DNA of 60,063 nt from Perkinsus chesapeaki ATCC PRA-425 (lineage: Eukaryota > Protista > Perkinsozoa): the NCBI GenBank assembly GCA_013115145.1, contig JAAPAO010000157.1:1-60063 (forward strand), in the 5' to 3' direction. Of the stretch, positions 26,501 through 38,900 are shown in pieces. Numbering within the stretch: position 1 is the stretch's first letter; each line of letters begins with the position of its first letter. Under the pieces are notes generated by a model, which did not search any database, was not told where the DNA came from, and saw only the letters and a program-made list of their open reading frames with translations. Both the position numbers and the translations under genes were made by a program.

Positions 26501-27362
26501 AATTTCGGTATTAGAAATATAGATCATCGCCACTCGACTCTGACAAGGAAAGCTGCAATAATGATTATAACAATATATTTTTACCGTTCTATTGCGTTGA
26601 GAACACATCACTAGCAATATAAAATTATTATTAAAGGAGTACAGATCATCTCTGGACCGGAAAACTTGCGGCAAGTTCAGTTTGTAATTATTATTGTCAG
26701 TTGCTCGGTCGTTGCCGTCTTCTCCAGCGTCACGAGGAGGATATCAAGGAGCAGTCCGTCCAGGGGTTTACCAATACCAACAACAACAGCAACAGCAACA
26801 TCTACACAGTCCGGTGCAAGGAGGGTGAGTGGTGGGGATAGGCAGGACGATGTGGTATTGAGGACTAGTAGAAGTAGTGCTTATGTGAAGAGAAGTCAAT
26901 ACACCTTCAATACAGTTGGAGAAAATTGGAAAGGATGTGTTATGTCAGATATGGCGGAAGATATCCTACCCCACCAGGAGGAGGAGGAGGAGCAGCGCCT
27001 CATTACGGAGTACCACAGAACTATAATGCTGGGTAGGTGGGGGAAGGACAAATCGATCAAGCGATCGATTTCGGCTTTATTCATAAAAGTTCCAACTTAT
27101 TAGTCGTGTAAGCGCAGATTATGAGCTGTTTCGAATAAGTTGGGCACGCTCCCGATTCCACTTTTACTGAAAATTTCCATTTTTTTGTCAGTTACAAACG
27201 CACCTACGAAACAGGCGGTCTGTACGAGTACGAAGCCGGCAAGCGTCAAAAAGGTAAATCCGTCCGAAATTTTTGCGGAAAAAAATTCTTCCAGGTGGCG
27301 GACCATCGCATCCTAGCGGACAGTATTACCAGGCCTACGGGGGGCAATATTATCGGCAGTAA
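14524..27362 (+). CDS. Multi-exon hnRNP U-like SPRY-domain protein (dinoflagellate/perkinsid type)
   Basis: Basic/acidic N-terminus (MPPRKVAAKSK...; EEVEVKEDEEG). SPRY segments: GFQYLLSGARSNIGVKG..FAYEV, LRIGFSTIEGSVLLG, VVLNL..ISLFKNGVRVTEP..LYPTVTFKNVRIAVNLG. Then LPFKCRSIQQ..VGLPDQGVFDY, SNDRPDYLFG, a coiled coil, FTLPTLEE..IVYDW, SEWF, FGPEDWQLLNLRYELHLLCHAF, RLVEAARRERNKRIEAGDESARI, and a G/Y/Q-rich tail ending GQYYQAYGGQYYRQ* at 27362. Confidence 0.85.
16790..18600 (+). mobile_element. Degenerate Ty3/Gypsy-like pol relic (RNase H / integrase) inside the hnRNP-U-like intron
   Basis: In order: 'HDAS' (~17635), an integrase zinc-finger-like HD..AH / WW / 'VARTC' (~17890-17980), 'PAQKVCSDG', and 'DTWPLHLELLIAMMRISIFHD...LSPDRIL'. 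Frameshifts and stops throughout. Confidence 0.5.
19335..20100 (-). mobile_element. Degenerate non-LTR RT-like relic in the same intron
   Basis: PGCFSGPSWSTFYSS...LIPASYSDE resembles the LINE RT motifs PQG..SP.LW...YADD. Heavily decayed. Confidence 0.35.
22771..22842 (-). pseudogene. Decayed tRNA-Gly(GCC)-like pseudogene in an intron
   Basis: 72 nt starting GCATT, with GCC at positions 34-36, T-loop TTCGATT, 12 nt, then a terminal A. Acceptor and anticodon stems no longer pair. Confidence 0.55.
24795..24897. repeat. 52-bp tandem duplication in an intron
   Basis: ggatttttctggtaaattttcggaaaaaagtgttttctgcaagaaattggt occurs twice with period 52. Confidence 0.9.
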
Positions 27363-27700
27363 AAGTTACGATACGTTGATTTCCGAGAAAGGAGAGAGGC
27401 AGACCTTTTCTTAGTTGCAGAGGCTCTTGAGTTAACCTTGGAGGAATCTTTGTCGAGTGTTTGACCGCTCGCCACGAAATTACTCCGTCGGAATTTCTTG
27501 TTCGAGACTGGGCTGAGGGAAGTGGGATGACCTCGGAATCACTTGAGAAAACTAGCGTCAGCATACTTGGAAAATGTGGGAGGCTTCTGTATTGGAGGGA
27601 TGCGTGAGGTTAGGAAACAAAGAGACGAACTCGAGATTGTTCTTTTGAGTGTATTAAGATGCATGTATCTTGTATGTCCTTCGATGGATGCTGATGGCAG

Positions 27701-30700
27701 ATGTTTTCATTACTTCCCACAAATGGACATCGTATCCGTCTGGCATCTACTAAACTCGCTTCATCAACTAACCGCATCGGTCTTTTGTTAGATTCGAGAG
27801 AGGAACTCTGGCGATTAATCGACCACAATACGACACTCTTCAATCCGTAATTTCGTGGCGAGTGACGGTATATGATCGATCTCTGTTCAGGTATAAGCTG
27901 CCGCATGTTCTGGCGGCATTGAGGAGGTTTCATGCGCCCACCGATCCGCAGTGGCAATCTGAGCAACTCAAACTGTGAGATTCGACGAGTGGCATCTGAC
28001 GAAATTTCGATCACTCGGGGGGCTCTGCGGCGTGGTCGACGCTGAGCTGATTTTTTCATGTTTCGGAGGAAAAAAATTTTCCTGTGAGGAATTTTTGGGA
28101 AATTTTCTTGTGAGGATCGATTTCATCACTGGTTGAGTTCCGGATATATGTGTTGCGATTTTATTAGATATTTCCAGCGCGCCACGAAATGCATGTCACG
28201 ATTCGTTAATATCATGGACATGCGATCCCCGGAAGTCGGCCAAGCAATAGTGAGTGGAAATTTTCCGGAATACTTCCTAAAATTTTTCAGGATTTATGCC
28301 GAAAAATCGGGACGGTCGAATCGCGGGCGCTCGGGGAGACAATCATGAACACAATCATCACGACACTCCCGGCGATGACGCTCGACAAGGCGTCTCGATA
28401 TATGTATGCCTTCGCGCGCCACGAAATTGTGGATGTCCGGTTCTGGGTTGAGGCGTCGAATTACGTACGAAATTGCGGAATGGTTCCGCGAGATTCGAAC
28501 GACTTGACAACTTTGGTTTATTCCTTCCGGAAGGCGTGCGTGGCGCATGACCCCATCTACGACTATCTGGCGGAGCTCACCACCGAAGAGCTTATCTCGG
28601 GGTTGAATCCGGTTCAAACGCATACGTGTTTGGCGACCTTCACTCGAGTGGAATTGAAGGACACTTCTGTTGTGCAGCAATTGATCGATCATTTCACGGA
28701 GTTGCTTGAGAGTGCGGAGGAATTGCAACCGTCTGCGATGGGAAATGGGTTGAAGAGGTCTCCGATGTTGGTTTGTGCGGAAGATATTCTTTCGGCTGCG
28801 GTGTCGATCGCGCGGGTGCCGGATATGGTTGATTGCGGCAAGATGATGCGGGCCGCGATCCACTTGACTTGGCGGAATTTGCCAGTTTTGAGCAGCGACG
28901 AGATAGTCTCGTTCTTATGGTGCTTACGGCAAGTAGAGGTGGCCGACACAGAAGAGTTCTTTAAGGCGGCGGTGCAGGACTTGCTTCGGGGGCAGCCGAC
29001 GGAGAAGGAGGATCTGAGCGCGGTGAAGTTGATATGGTTGTGTGAAGCTTCGGAGATTTGGGCCGCTCCAGAGGAGATTGAGAAGCTTGTTTCACGGTTG
29101 GGGAAATTGCTGCCACAAGTCGACAGCTGCGGGCTGATGGCGCGCCTGGTCGCTTCGGTGACGAAATTGAACTCCTCGGTTTGGGTGCAGAATGCAATTT
29201 TCACTGACATGGTGCTGTCCAGGAGTTTGGACCTTGTTGCCGAGGCAAGAGGACCGACGGTTCTCACGGATGTTTGCAATCTATTGTCCCTTCTAGTTGA
29301 CATTCGACCAGAACAGGCGACAGATTTGGCGATGCGCGCACTTGCGGGGCGGTCACAAGGGGAACGCTCGACTGTGATGAAAGTTCTGGGGATACCTGAG
29401 GTTCAACAGGAGGAGGAGATTGCTGAGGAAGCAATCGAGGAACAGATCGAGGAACAGATCGAGGTTGAAATCTTGCCAGTTGTAAAAGATACTCCAACGG
29501 TGGTGGAAGATTTTGATACAGTTTACTCGAATCTTGCGAGTGCGCTAGCTGCGACAGATGCGCGAAAGATTGGGGAAGTCGTCGAGCGACTGGTCGAAAT
29601 GATCTCGGACGGCGCGGTCTCACCAGGGCAGTTGGTATCACTCACAGATTTGGTAGTTTCTGGAGAATTTCGTGGCGCGCAAGAATCGAATGAAGCTTTG
29701 TATCTATTCGAGAGGATTGGAGAGGCAGTGGTTACCAGGATGGGTTTGATGTCAACCGAGCTGGCGGTCCAACTATTGGCTAATTTTGCGGTCGCTGGAG
29801 TTCCCTATGTTTATCTGTTTGAAAATGTGATGCGGGAAAGAGTGAGGACTATGTCTCCCATACAGGTGAGCTCTGGCTTGTATTTCTGTTTCTTTTAGCT
29901 GATTTTCGTGCGGCTTTTTTCTCACGGAAAGGTAATTTTTTTGGTAACATTTTCCTGTTTTGCGGCTGAAGCGTCCATCTGTCTATCAAGGAGATTTTTC
30001 CATCTTCATAAGGGCGTACCTTCTCAATGAAAAGATGGCTCCCCTTTTCTCTGTAATGTTCTCTGTTTTTTTAAAAACCCGAAAACTGTTCATTTCCGCG
30101 CCTCCCAGGTAAATTTCGAATACTTTTCCATATCCCGTTTCCCACTCTCTTTCATCACTACTCGTCTTAGTTATCCATGCTATCACATCTCACCTTCCAT
30201 CAGGCCATCCGTGCCCTCGAGGCGTGCGCCGCCCTCCGGATTCGGATGCCGAGGGAAATGTCATCACTTGTTCGGCAATGCCTGGATGCACCAAATGCAT
30301 TGGCTAAGCTATCCAGTAGCCATTCAGTGAGGTAGAAGAGAGAAGACAAATCTTGCAATCTTGCATTTTCTCAACGCAGGTTATTGACTTGCATGTCTGG
30401 ATTGCGGTTGGCACCACCTAGTGAACGGAATGGACGAGGTGATTATGTGTCTAGGATTTTAGATCGGTGAGAATCGGGCTTTCAACCGGGTTTCGGGTTT
30501 TTATAACATTGCTATTTTCAGAGTAATGGATGCAGAGCTGTCGCCATTGCCGGCTCCCTCGGTAATTAAGTTGATCACGAGCTGCTTCTTGCAGGCTTAT
30601 ACGCCATCAGACTGGTAGGTTGTAGTTGCTATAATACATGAATGTAGAATAATATTAAGCCAGTAAAATGATCTGCAAAATAATTGATATCGCTTAATAG

Positions 30701-32939
30701 ATGTTTTTGAAATAATTATCGATATGGTAAAATGAGGTAAACTGGAAACGGACGGATAGGTCGAGGATAGCATATGGAGTAGATGTCGTTGCAGAAACTG
30801 CTGCTGCCACTGTGCACTCCCTCGTTGAGGGCAGTGTAATCGTAGTACAACACTTATAGATTGGGCTTATAGTTGGTGACAATATAGAACAGTAAAGAGT
30901 GAATCGGATAATGGGTGATAGAATATCACAAGTGAAGTTAGTAATACGATAGTACGACAGTAGACAGGACTTGTGTCGGTCAGAGTTATATAGTGCAACT
31001 GGTAACGGACAACTTTCGGTCCGAGAAAAGTGATCTTTTTTAGAATGTTGGTGAGCCGCTTCTTTCCGTTGCTTGGGATAAATTTATATTCATATAAATA
31101 TATATTAAATTTATTTATAATTTTAAGGGTATCATAAATCATATATCAGTATATCTCATTCCCTAAAGGGGACTTATGTCGGTGACCATCTCAAGCAGTG
31201 GTGCTCTGCTGGGGGGCCTGTTGGGTAGCCCAGCCCTGGTACTAGTGGCTTGACTACTTGACTACTGACTGGCCGGGAAGGGAAAGGGATCGAGAATGTG
31301 TACAAAGATGTTTGTTTGTTTGTACTTTGTTTCAGTCACTTACTGTTCCTGTTTGACCGCTTGGAGAAGAGTCTGCTTTCGAGCGACGGTATGGATTTGG
31401 TTGAAGCACGGAAGGCCGTGGCGAGATATATGATATATTTATTTGCACATCCTGATACACATATATCAAGTAGGAGTGGAAATTTTGGGAAAACTTGTCT
31501 CGTGAAGTCGGGGTTTAGTACAGCCAAAAATTTTGGGATTATAGGAGGGGCATCGAAAGCTACAAGATGGAACGCACTTGATGTTTCTCATTGTGCCAAC
31601 AACATATTTCCTATCAAACCTTCTATTATATCTACTCACTGGTAACATATTTCCTATCAAACCTTCTATTATATCTACTCACTGGTAACATATTTCCTAT
31701 CAAACCTTCTATTATATCTACTCACTGGTAACATATTTCCTATCAAACATNNNNNNNNNNNNNNNNNNNNNNNNNNNNNNNNNNNNNNNNNNNNNNNNNN
31801 NNNNNNNNNNNNNNNNNNNNNNNNNNNNNNNNNNNNNNNNNNNNNNNNCTTCTATTATATCTACTCACTGGTAACATATTTCCTATCAAAACTTCTATTA
31901 TATCTACTCACCGGTAACATACTCATTTGGAGAAAACCATTTTGGTGGTTTCCCTTATCAAACTTCCCCTAAAAACTGCTTACGGGGAATTTAGATATTC
32001 TCAGTGAAGTGACTTTACTGAAGTCCTCCGACCCACCAGAAAGGAATCGAAAATTTTTGCTAAAGCTTTCGATGTGAAACCGAGGGAAATTCTCTCATTT
32101 AAGAATTCATTTTCAGGCGCGGTGACAAGACTACCAATAGAGACTCGAGAGTTCATAGCGAATCTTATAGCTAACTCCGAAGATACTAATGAGGTTGGCT
32201 CGGTGACATCTAATCGCCCGGCAGTTTCGGATACGACCCTCGAACTTCGTCAGAGATCTACCCTCGCCATGGCAAAAGCCAAGATGCCGTAAGTTCGCCA
32301 AAGAGTTTCGTGGCGCGCGAAATCGGCTCGTTCGTCTGACTCAATCCCGCAAGTGAGAGAGGAACATCCAAAATAGGCAGTGGGATGCGTTCTTCCACCA
32401 CAATTTCACTTTTCGAATAATTCTCGATTTCCTAGCTGTCTAATCTTCCTGATCTATTCTCTCAATGGTATTCAGGTACGACCTGGACGTGCGGATTTTT
32501 TCGTCTGGAGGTTGGCAGCTTTCCTGTGATCTCTATCTGCCCGAGGAGTCGCTGATGGTTATGCTGCATGGACCGGAAAGCTTTTATCGACAACTCAGTT
32601 CTGATGCGGCGATGAATGCCGGCAAGGGAAGTGAGAAGGCGTTGAAATCTCATACCGAATCTGTCTTTGAAATTAGGAGATGAACCACTGCGGCTCACGC
32701 TTGTTCCCGAAGCAAGCATCGATAATTGGCTGCTTTCTCGGCTGACGAAACGGCGGAAAGATATTCTTGCGGCTGCGCGGACAATCTTTCCGGAGAGCGC
32801 ATTCCGATCAAATGAGAAAAGTTGTCTACCGGACATCCCAGAATCCTTGCGAGTGCGGCATGTGACGTGGCTGCAGGCCCAGGGCTTGAAGGACCGAGAT
32901 TTGCTAGATCTGATAATGGGGAAATGCGAGCATGGATAA
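27701..32939 (+). CDS. Multi-exon helical-repeat protein with a C-terminal RAP-like domain (FASTK/HPR-like), probably organelle-targeted
   Basis: The N-terminus MFSLLPTNGHRIRLASTKLASST looks like a transit peptide. A 517-aa exon (28345-29898) carries repeated helical units (LTTLVYSF, IVSFLWCL, LAVQLLANFAVAG). The C-terminal exons GGWQLSCDLYLPEESLMVMLHGPESFY and KRRKDIL...VRHVTWLQ fit a RAP pattern. Confidence 0.7.
31603..31920. repeat. 43-bp intronic minisatellite spanning an assembly gap (N run ~31751-31848)
   Basis: Unit catatttcctatcaaaccttctattatatctactcactggtaa; at least 5 visible copies and no spacers. Confidence 0.95.
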
Positions 32940-32944
32940 GATTA

Positions 32945-35900
32945 ATGTGTGATATGAAAGACACGTTTCTGAAAAGGACGGGGTTGAGTGTAGAAAAAAC
33001 CTTCAGAGTGTGAGATTTGGTATCTTTGTTAGCTTTCCGACCTTTATCGGTCGATCGAAATGACATTCGATGCGACCGATATAGAGAAGGAGTTGGAGCG
33101 GTAGTATCTTAGGTTGAAGCGTGCAATAATATGATTGGGTTGGTGTTGGCGCTCAGGTACTACCGTGCTGAGACGCTTGAGGAGTTTCGCCGACGGGTTG
33201 AGAGCGTCGCAGATCTTGAAAGAGCACTCAAATTCGCACTGTAAGATTCTATAGGGCTGGAGCGAGGAAAATAGAGGAATGCTTTAGATAACCAAACGCT
33301 CAAGCAAATGCATATAACTATCTTTAAATAAGTCATTCTCCTACTTGAAGTAAGCGTTTTACTCGGTAACTAGGTAGCCGGTATAAGACTCACCGAAATC
33401 AATGAACTTCTCTTTACGGTCGTAGTCCTTGCTGCGCACATGCACGCTTCAACGTGGTGCCGCATGTGCTTGGTGTCCTCCAAATTGCATCCATGAGTCC
33501 CTGTAAAAAATAGTACCACTCAACGAAGACACTGGAATCTATTAGACGTTCGCTGGTGCTCCGCGAATTTGTATTTTGCCGTCGATCGGTGAAGGCGATA
33601 ACACCACGCGTATCTTCCAGGCTATTCTGTTCAGAACATCGTCGGGCTCGACAACTCCGCCGGGTCGGAAGTCGCCTGCAACTCCAGGTATGCAAATCCT
33701 TGGGATTTCCGGAGGAATGGGGAATTCATCAGGAGGGTCGCCTGATGCGTCTGATGTGAAGATAGCATCTCCAGCTAGCAGTTTATCAGAAGGCTGCTCG
33801 ACACCAGAAGATGTCGAGGACATGAAGGACAAAGACCCGATATTATTAGTGTTTGGAAGTAATATGATAAGAGAGTTGTGGGAAATGTGGTAACGAGAGG
33901 GCATGCTACTCCACGAGTACTTCCGATTGCGCTGGGATTCCTACCAGTGAATGCTAAATATTGTGCAATGTCTCCGACTGTTTATATTGATGTTCCGTGA
34001 GTGCCTGGTGTTAGCAGTTAATATCCATTGTATCATCTTTCTTCAAGACTTCATCAGCTGCTCTTGGACACTCACTAGTTAGATTCTAATTGTATTACTA
34101 CTCATGCACTCTATTCGTAGCAGGAATTTCGTTAAGTCAGTTTGATGGCATCAAAGGTAGCTGCTGCCTTTATGATGAAACTTCCATCGGGATGATGGAG
34201 TGTAGCTAGTGATATATGAAGATATTGGCTCTCTTTAAAGCTCGTTCCGCTCGGAATTGGTCATTCTGCCAACGGTGTGTCTTCAGGGGACAGATCTCTT
34301 AATTTTTTTCTTCGGTAGTTCTGTCGCACAATAGCTCGGTTAAGTTTGCTGCTGTAGTACCTATTATCTGTAAGGTACATTGATGGAGATCACTACACCA
34401 ACATCAGACATCGATACGGTGGTGTTGGTTAGTGACGTTAAAAGAAGCACTTATATGCGGCGGGTTCAAAGGGTAATATACTTACCAGGGGTGTCATGAT
34501 GGTCGGGCTCTGAAGCTCCGACAACTCTCGAATGGTTCGTCATCGTCGTCGCTTTTTTCGACGGCTATTTCATACCGCCAAGGATGCTGTATTATTCCTA
34601 CTCGTTAGGTTCTGACAGAGATGGAACCGTTCCGAGAGCATTGCCGAGATTTTTCGCTCCTAGCAGACTCATTAGTACCATATATTAAATGCACGTAATC
34701 CTCGAGGTCGTCAGCGGGCAGCATTTCACGTTCGACTCCAGGTATCGTGGATACTCCGTAGATGTTCAATTTGCTGTCATGCCATCTGCCGTGTTGAAGG
34801 AGTGCCATGAAACTATCAGGGAGAAAGTTGCAGCGGAGGGTTCACCGGTGGGTTCCGACCAGCGTTCGATCCTCGGTGAGAGTCTTTGTCAGAAAAATTT
34901 GGAATTGATTCCGGGCTTGCGAGCAGCTGCTTTATCGAGTATTTTGGATAGAGTTTGTACGGCAGGCTTGCTGGGCCCTGAAGGCAGCGCTGCTGCGGAT
35001 TGGAGTAACAGCCTGGTAAGACGATCCATCTATAGTATGGAACTTCTAATGTAATTCTGACTTTGAATTTCAAAGCATACTGTTTGACAGTATTCCGTTT
35101 GAACGATTCTCATGTCACTGCGAGTTTGGCGACACATGGGAGTTAGGAGATGGTCTCGATATAAAACTGACGATATGAAAGACACGCTTTTGCCCACGAT
35201 ATGTTTACTATTTTATGTTGTAATGATGACATTTTACTTAATACGTCTATGCAGGTAGTGACTGACTATCGCCACTCTTGTTGACTCAACAATGTATTTG
35301 AATGACCCCAGCCGAATGACTCCGGTCTATATATTAATAAGTCCTAATAGGATTATTCTATGCCGGTTGGCCGAAAGCAGTAATTCGTGAACCTAGTACG
35401 ACGTCACCGTCGGCGTTCCGAGTGACTAAGCACTCTGATACGCAGCAGTTCGAATACTGACAGCTAGATTGATGATTCACTCACGAGTTGGGTTCAACCG
35501 ACTCGGTTGAAAAGCCATAGGTTAGAGTTAGGGTATTCTCAAAACCAAGTGGCAGGGATATTCTTTGGACCTGTTATCACTACTACTCAATTACCTGGGA
35601 GTATCCCGGTAGAAGAGCAATCCTTGAAGTTGGTGTTTGTTTTCAACTTTCGACTGGAGCACCTTACTGCACCCCGACTGCAGGATTTACTCTCTATACC
35701 ACAGCATGAGGTGCGTTCGCCGCTTCGCATTACACTTACATGGGAGTGAATTTAACACTTTTGGAAGTCTGTAATTGAGGAGCGCGAGTAATCGAGGTCG
35801 CAGAGGACGCGATTGACTTCTGCAGCAGCTACGCACACGCCACAAACCCGAACTGCACTCTGGCGAAGGCAAACGTTCTGTCTCGCACCGTGCGCAGTCG

Positions 35901-38900
35901 CACGGATGTAGTCGCCTCTGCACCTGCGTACCAGTATTTATCAGGCGAATGCCAATCACGTCCAAGCGCCGTATGATAGCGCCCGCTCCATACTGTCAAC
36001 CGTGGAGCAGCTCAGCCCAAGCCGGGTGACCCGACTTGTATGGCCGAAGCTCGTTTGCTCGATTATCTTGTTCCTACTCGTCGAATATCCCATGTTGAGT
36101 CACGAATTCAGGGTGCTCAGGAGTCCCGATCGACTTGTGGACCACAAGTTGTGGTGCGTCATCCGAGAACTCCCTGGACACACAGCCCCTCTCTCTGGCA
36201 TGCTCCATGGCGGCGGCGTAGTGCCGCTAGGGTGGTGCCGTAGGCAACAGCGCTACCTAGCTTCGATAAAATAGCCTAATCTCGAACTTTGAAATTGCAC
36301 TTTGGAGGTTAGACTTCGTATTTTTGCGTCAGGTTGACGATGCGACCATCCGCTCGTTAAACGGCGTTCGGGTCGGGAGGTACCTTCTGGAGAAAACACC
36401 GGCCTTGCAAGTTTACAGAGTTGTCCTTCGATTCGTCAAAATGTGGGCGAAGGCACGTGGAATGTAAGAGCTTTTATGAGGCTTTTTCTGGCCAGTTGAA
36501 GCTCCTTGAAATTCCGTGTTATCTGCGCCTCTGTGATGATCTGATCGAATTAATATCTTCTGAAATTCAAGTATCTGAGAAGTGATCACCTTGATCAGTT
36601 CTAGTACATAATTTGCATTTCACTGCTTTCACGAGTTGAACATCTACTTTCCGTGAATATCAGATACAGCAACGTGATGGGTTACTTTGGTGGAGTCACA
36701 TGGGCCATTTTGGTATCAAAAGTTTTGCAAGACAACGAGGAGCTGGCAACGAGGGAGATGGAGCAGGATGCTGTTAGAGAAATCCTACTAAAGTTTTTCG
36801 ATTTCTGCAGTAAGGAGCCCTCCAAGGCGGATATGTAAAAAAGTATTCCTCACGTATGAACCGTACGATATAATAGTACTACCTACAATTGTGGTGCACA
36901 ATAATAATCACCGCGTGAGCTTGTATTTTTGCCACGTTTTCTTCACAATGGTACAGGCAGTTTCGAGAACAGAAAAGCACTTGCGATTGTATCTCACATA
37001 GCTTGTTACGAATGTCTTATCAAAATATCTGCCAAAATAGTCTCCTGTGCGTTCTCAGGCACTCACCCGTGGGGCAGCGAGAACCCGATTACGGCGAATG
37101 ACGCGGTCCTAGAGTAAGATCGGCGTATCTCTGGTCTACCCGCACCGTGAAGGATTTTGGATCCGCATACCTCATTCGTTCATTTTAGAGGGTTCGTATC
37201 GGCTGGCTCGGTGGAAATGTACACTCCTCCGACCAAAGATGTTTTTGGGGATGATGGTGAGCGGAGCGAAGCGATTCATGTTTGTCATGTTTGTATATGT
37301 TACTCAGAAGTTGTGGATAAGCAGCTAGCGCCTCAACATGTCCTGCGGGATCCTGGAGAGTGCCCATATGCGGCCGATGGTGGGTTCGAACCGAGGACCT
37401 TTCGATTGTAAATTGATCACCTAGAGCTGCTAATCGTCGTCCTGCAATTCTTTCATTCCACTGTTGCGTAGTCTGAGCCTCGTAATATGATAATATACAT
37501 CTCATCGCCTTAGTTGGGTTCGTCAAACCGGGAAGCATATACTCTCCTCTTTAGTAGACGCGCGGAGTTGCTCTCAATAAGTCCGTTTTATTGCCATTGT
37601 TTTTTTCCCGGAAAATGTTGGATTTTCCGACTATTCCGTTTTTATCGTGTGTGGAAGATAGTCACGTTATATACAAGATGATACGATGATAAAGCTGGTG
37701 ATAACCCACTTTTCGTTGTTAGGTGTTGGTATTGAAGGTCAATGCATGGTGGTGCTCACTCCAGTGTTGCCAACTCAGAACTCGAGCTTCAACGCCCTTG
37801 ATTTCAACCGTTACGTCATGGTGCAAGAGTTCAAAAGAGGTGAGAGTAATTTTGTGGCGCGTGAAAACGATGCTTCCTTTTCGTTATTAGCCGCCCATAT
37901 GTTGTCTTTATTTGCCTTGTCCCCCACCAGCTGCCCATTCCGGCTTGGAGCGGTTTGTGCACGCGTGCATCCATTCAGACTTTACAAGCATCTTATGTTT
38001 GTCGAGGTGAGAAGCTATACAGTTATATGCTTCCGCGTTGTCCTGTTACCTTGAAATTTAAACGATTAGTAAGATTACATCATCAACAGAGTCATGAAGC
38101 TTTGTACTTGTCGCTGTGCTTGTAGAGTGGCCAGATCAGCACCTGACCAAGTTGGGTCCTGATATCGAGCCGCAGTGTCTCTAGGATGCATTCCTACGTT
38201 ACCAGGATTTACATAGTTTCAGTTAGGCGTAAATGTTGCTTACATAGCAAGTGACCTCCTTGGCATTGCCATCAAATTGGTGGTTGTTGGGCTTGGGATG
38301 AAATATGTCGCTCCTGCGAGCATTGAGCTGACGGGCGACGCCGCGTCCCAACTCCCACCACTGTTGAGGAAGGGAGCACAGATGTTCTTTGAAGGATGTG
38401 AAACTTACTAAGAGGACATGAATTTCTTTCCACTTGGTATCTACACTATATTGACACCATCATTAATCACCTCGAAACAGCAGCTCAGCGTCGGAAGTCT
38501 GGTAGCCTTCCTCCTCATCTGAGAAAAACTCCCTCACCAAGCCATTTTAATAATATACTATTCAGTGCTTTAAAGTGCAGAAATCAATCACAAATTAGCG
38601 ATACCTCCCTTCCTCGCCAACATGTGTTGACGACCACATAAATATCTCTCGCCAACTGTAACGACTCATTTTTGGATTTGGTTTTGTTCAGGTTGAAATC
38701 CGTCCGGAGAGGCAACGCACTCTCGGCGAAGAGGAGGTATCTTTATTGGCTCCTTCGTGTACGGATGAAGCTAAGATATTTTCAGGTTCTCCTTTTGCAG
38801 AAGAGGATAGCAGCAATGGTCGAATCTAAAGTTCGTATTTTCACCAAGTTGAGTGCAGCTGCGTTCCATGAGGAAGGAATATGTAAGCGGTCACCGAGAT
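32945..38900 (+). CDS. PAP: Multi-exon canonical-family poly(A) polymerase
   Basis: Exons read ETLEEFRRRVESV; ILLVFGS|TLMEITTPTSDIDTVVLV (GS...DID catalytic motif); ADSLVPYIKCT|YRGYSVDVQFA (third Asp); IRSLNGVRV..LRFVKMWAKARG|MYSNVMGYFGGVTWAILV; MVVLTPVLPTQNSSFN..VMVQEFKRG; MVESKVRI. Start could be 32945 or 33060; 3' end not resolved. Confidence 0.9.
35400..36290 (+). mobile_element. Degenerate LINE-like 3' relic in a PAP intron
   Basis: KTK...NYLGV...SW resembles the RT end, and a downstream 'SCGASSENSLD..LSLAC' resembles the C-terminal CCHC motif. Multiple stops. Confidence 0.35.

Noticed and set aside
31603-31920. Tandem arrays (also 47632-47834 and 51778-52200) as possible CRISPR arrays
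   Set aside because: Head-to-tail units without unique spacers, no cas genes, eukaryotic context.
34478-34500. ATACTTACC..AGGGG..CATGAT resembling the U1 snRNA 5' end
   Set aside because: No U1 stem-loops or Sm site at the expected distance; it lies in a short PAP intron and equals an antisense donor consensus.
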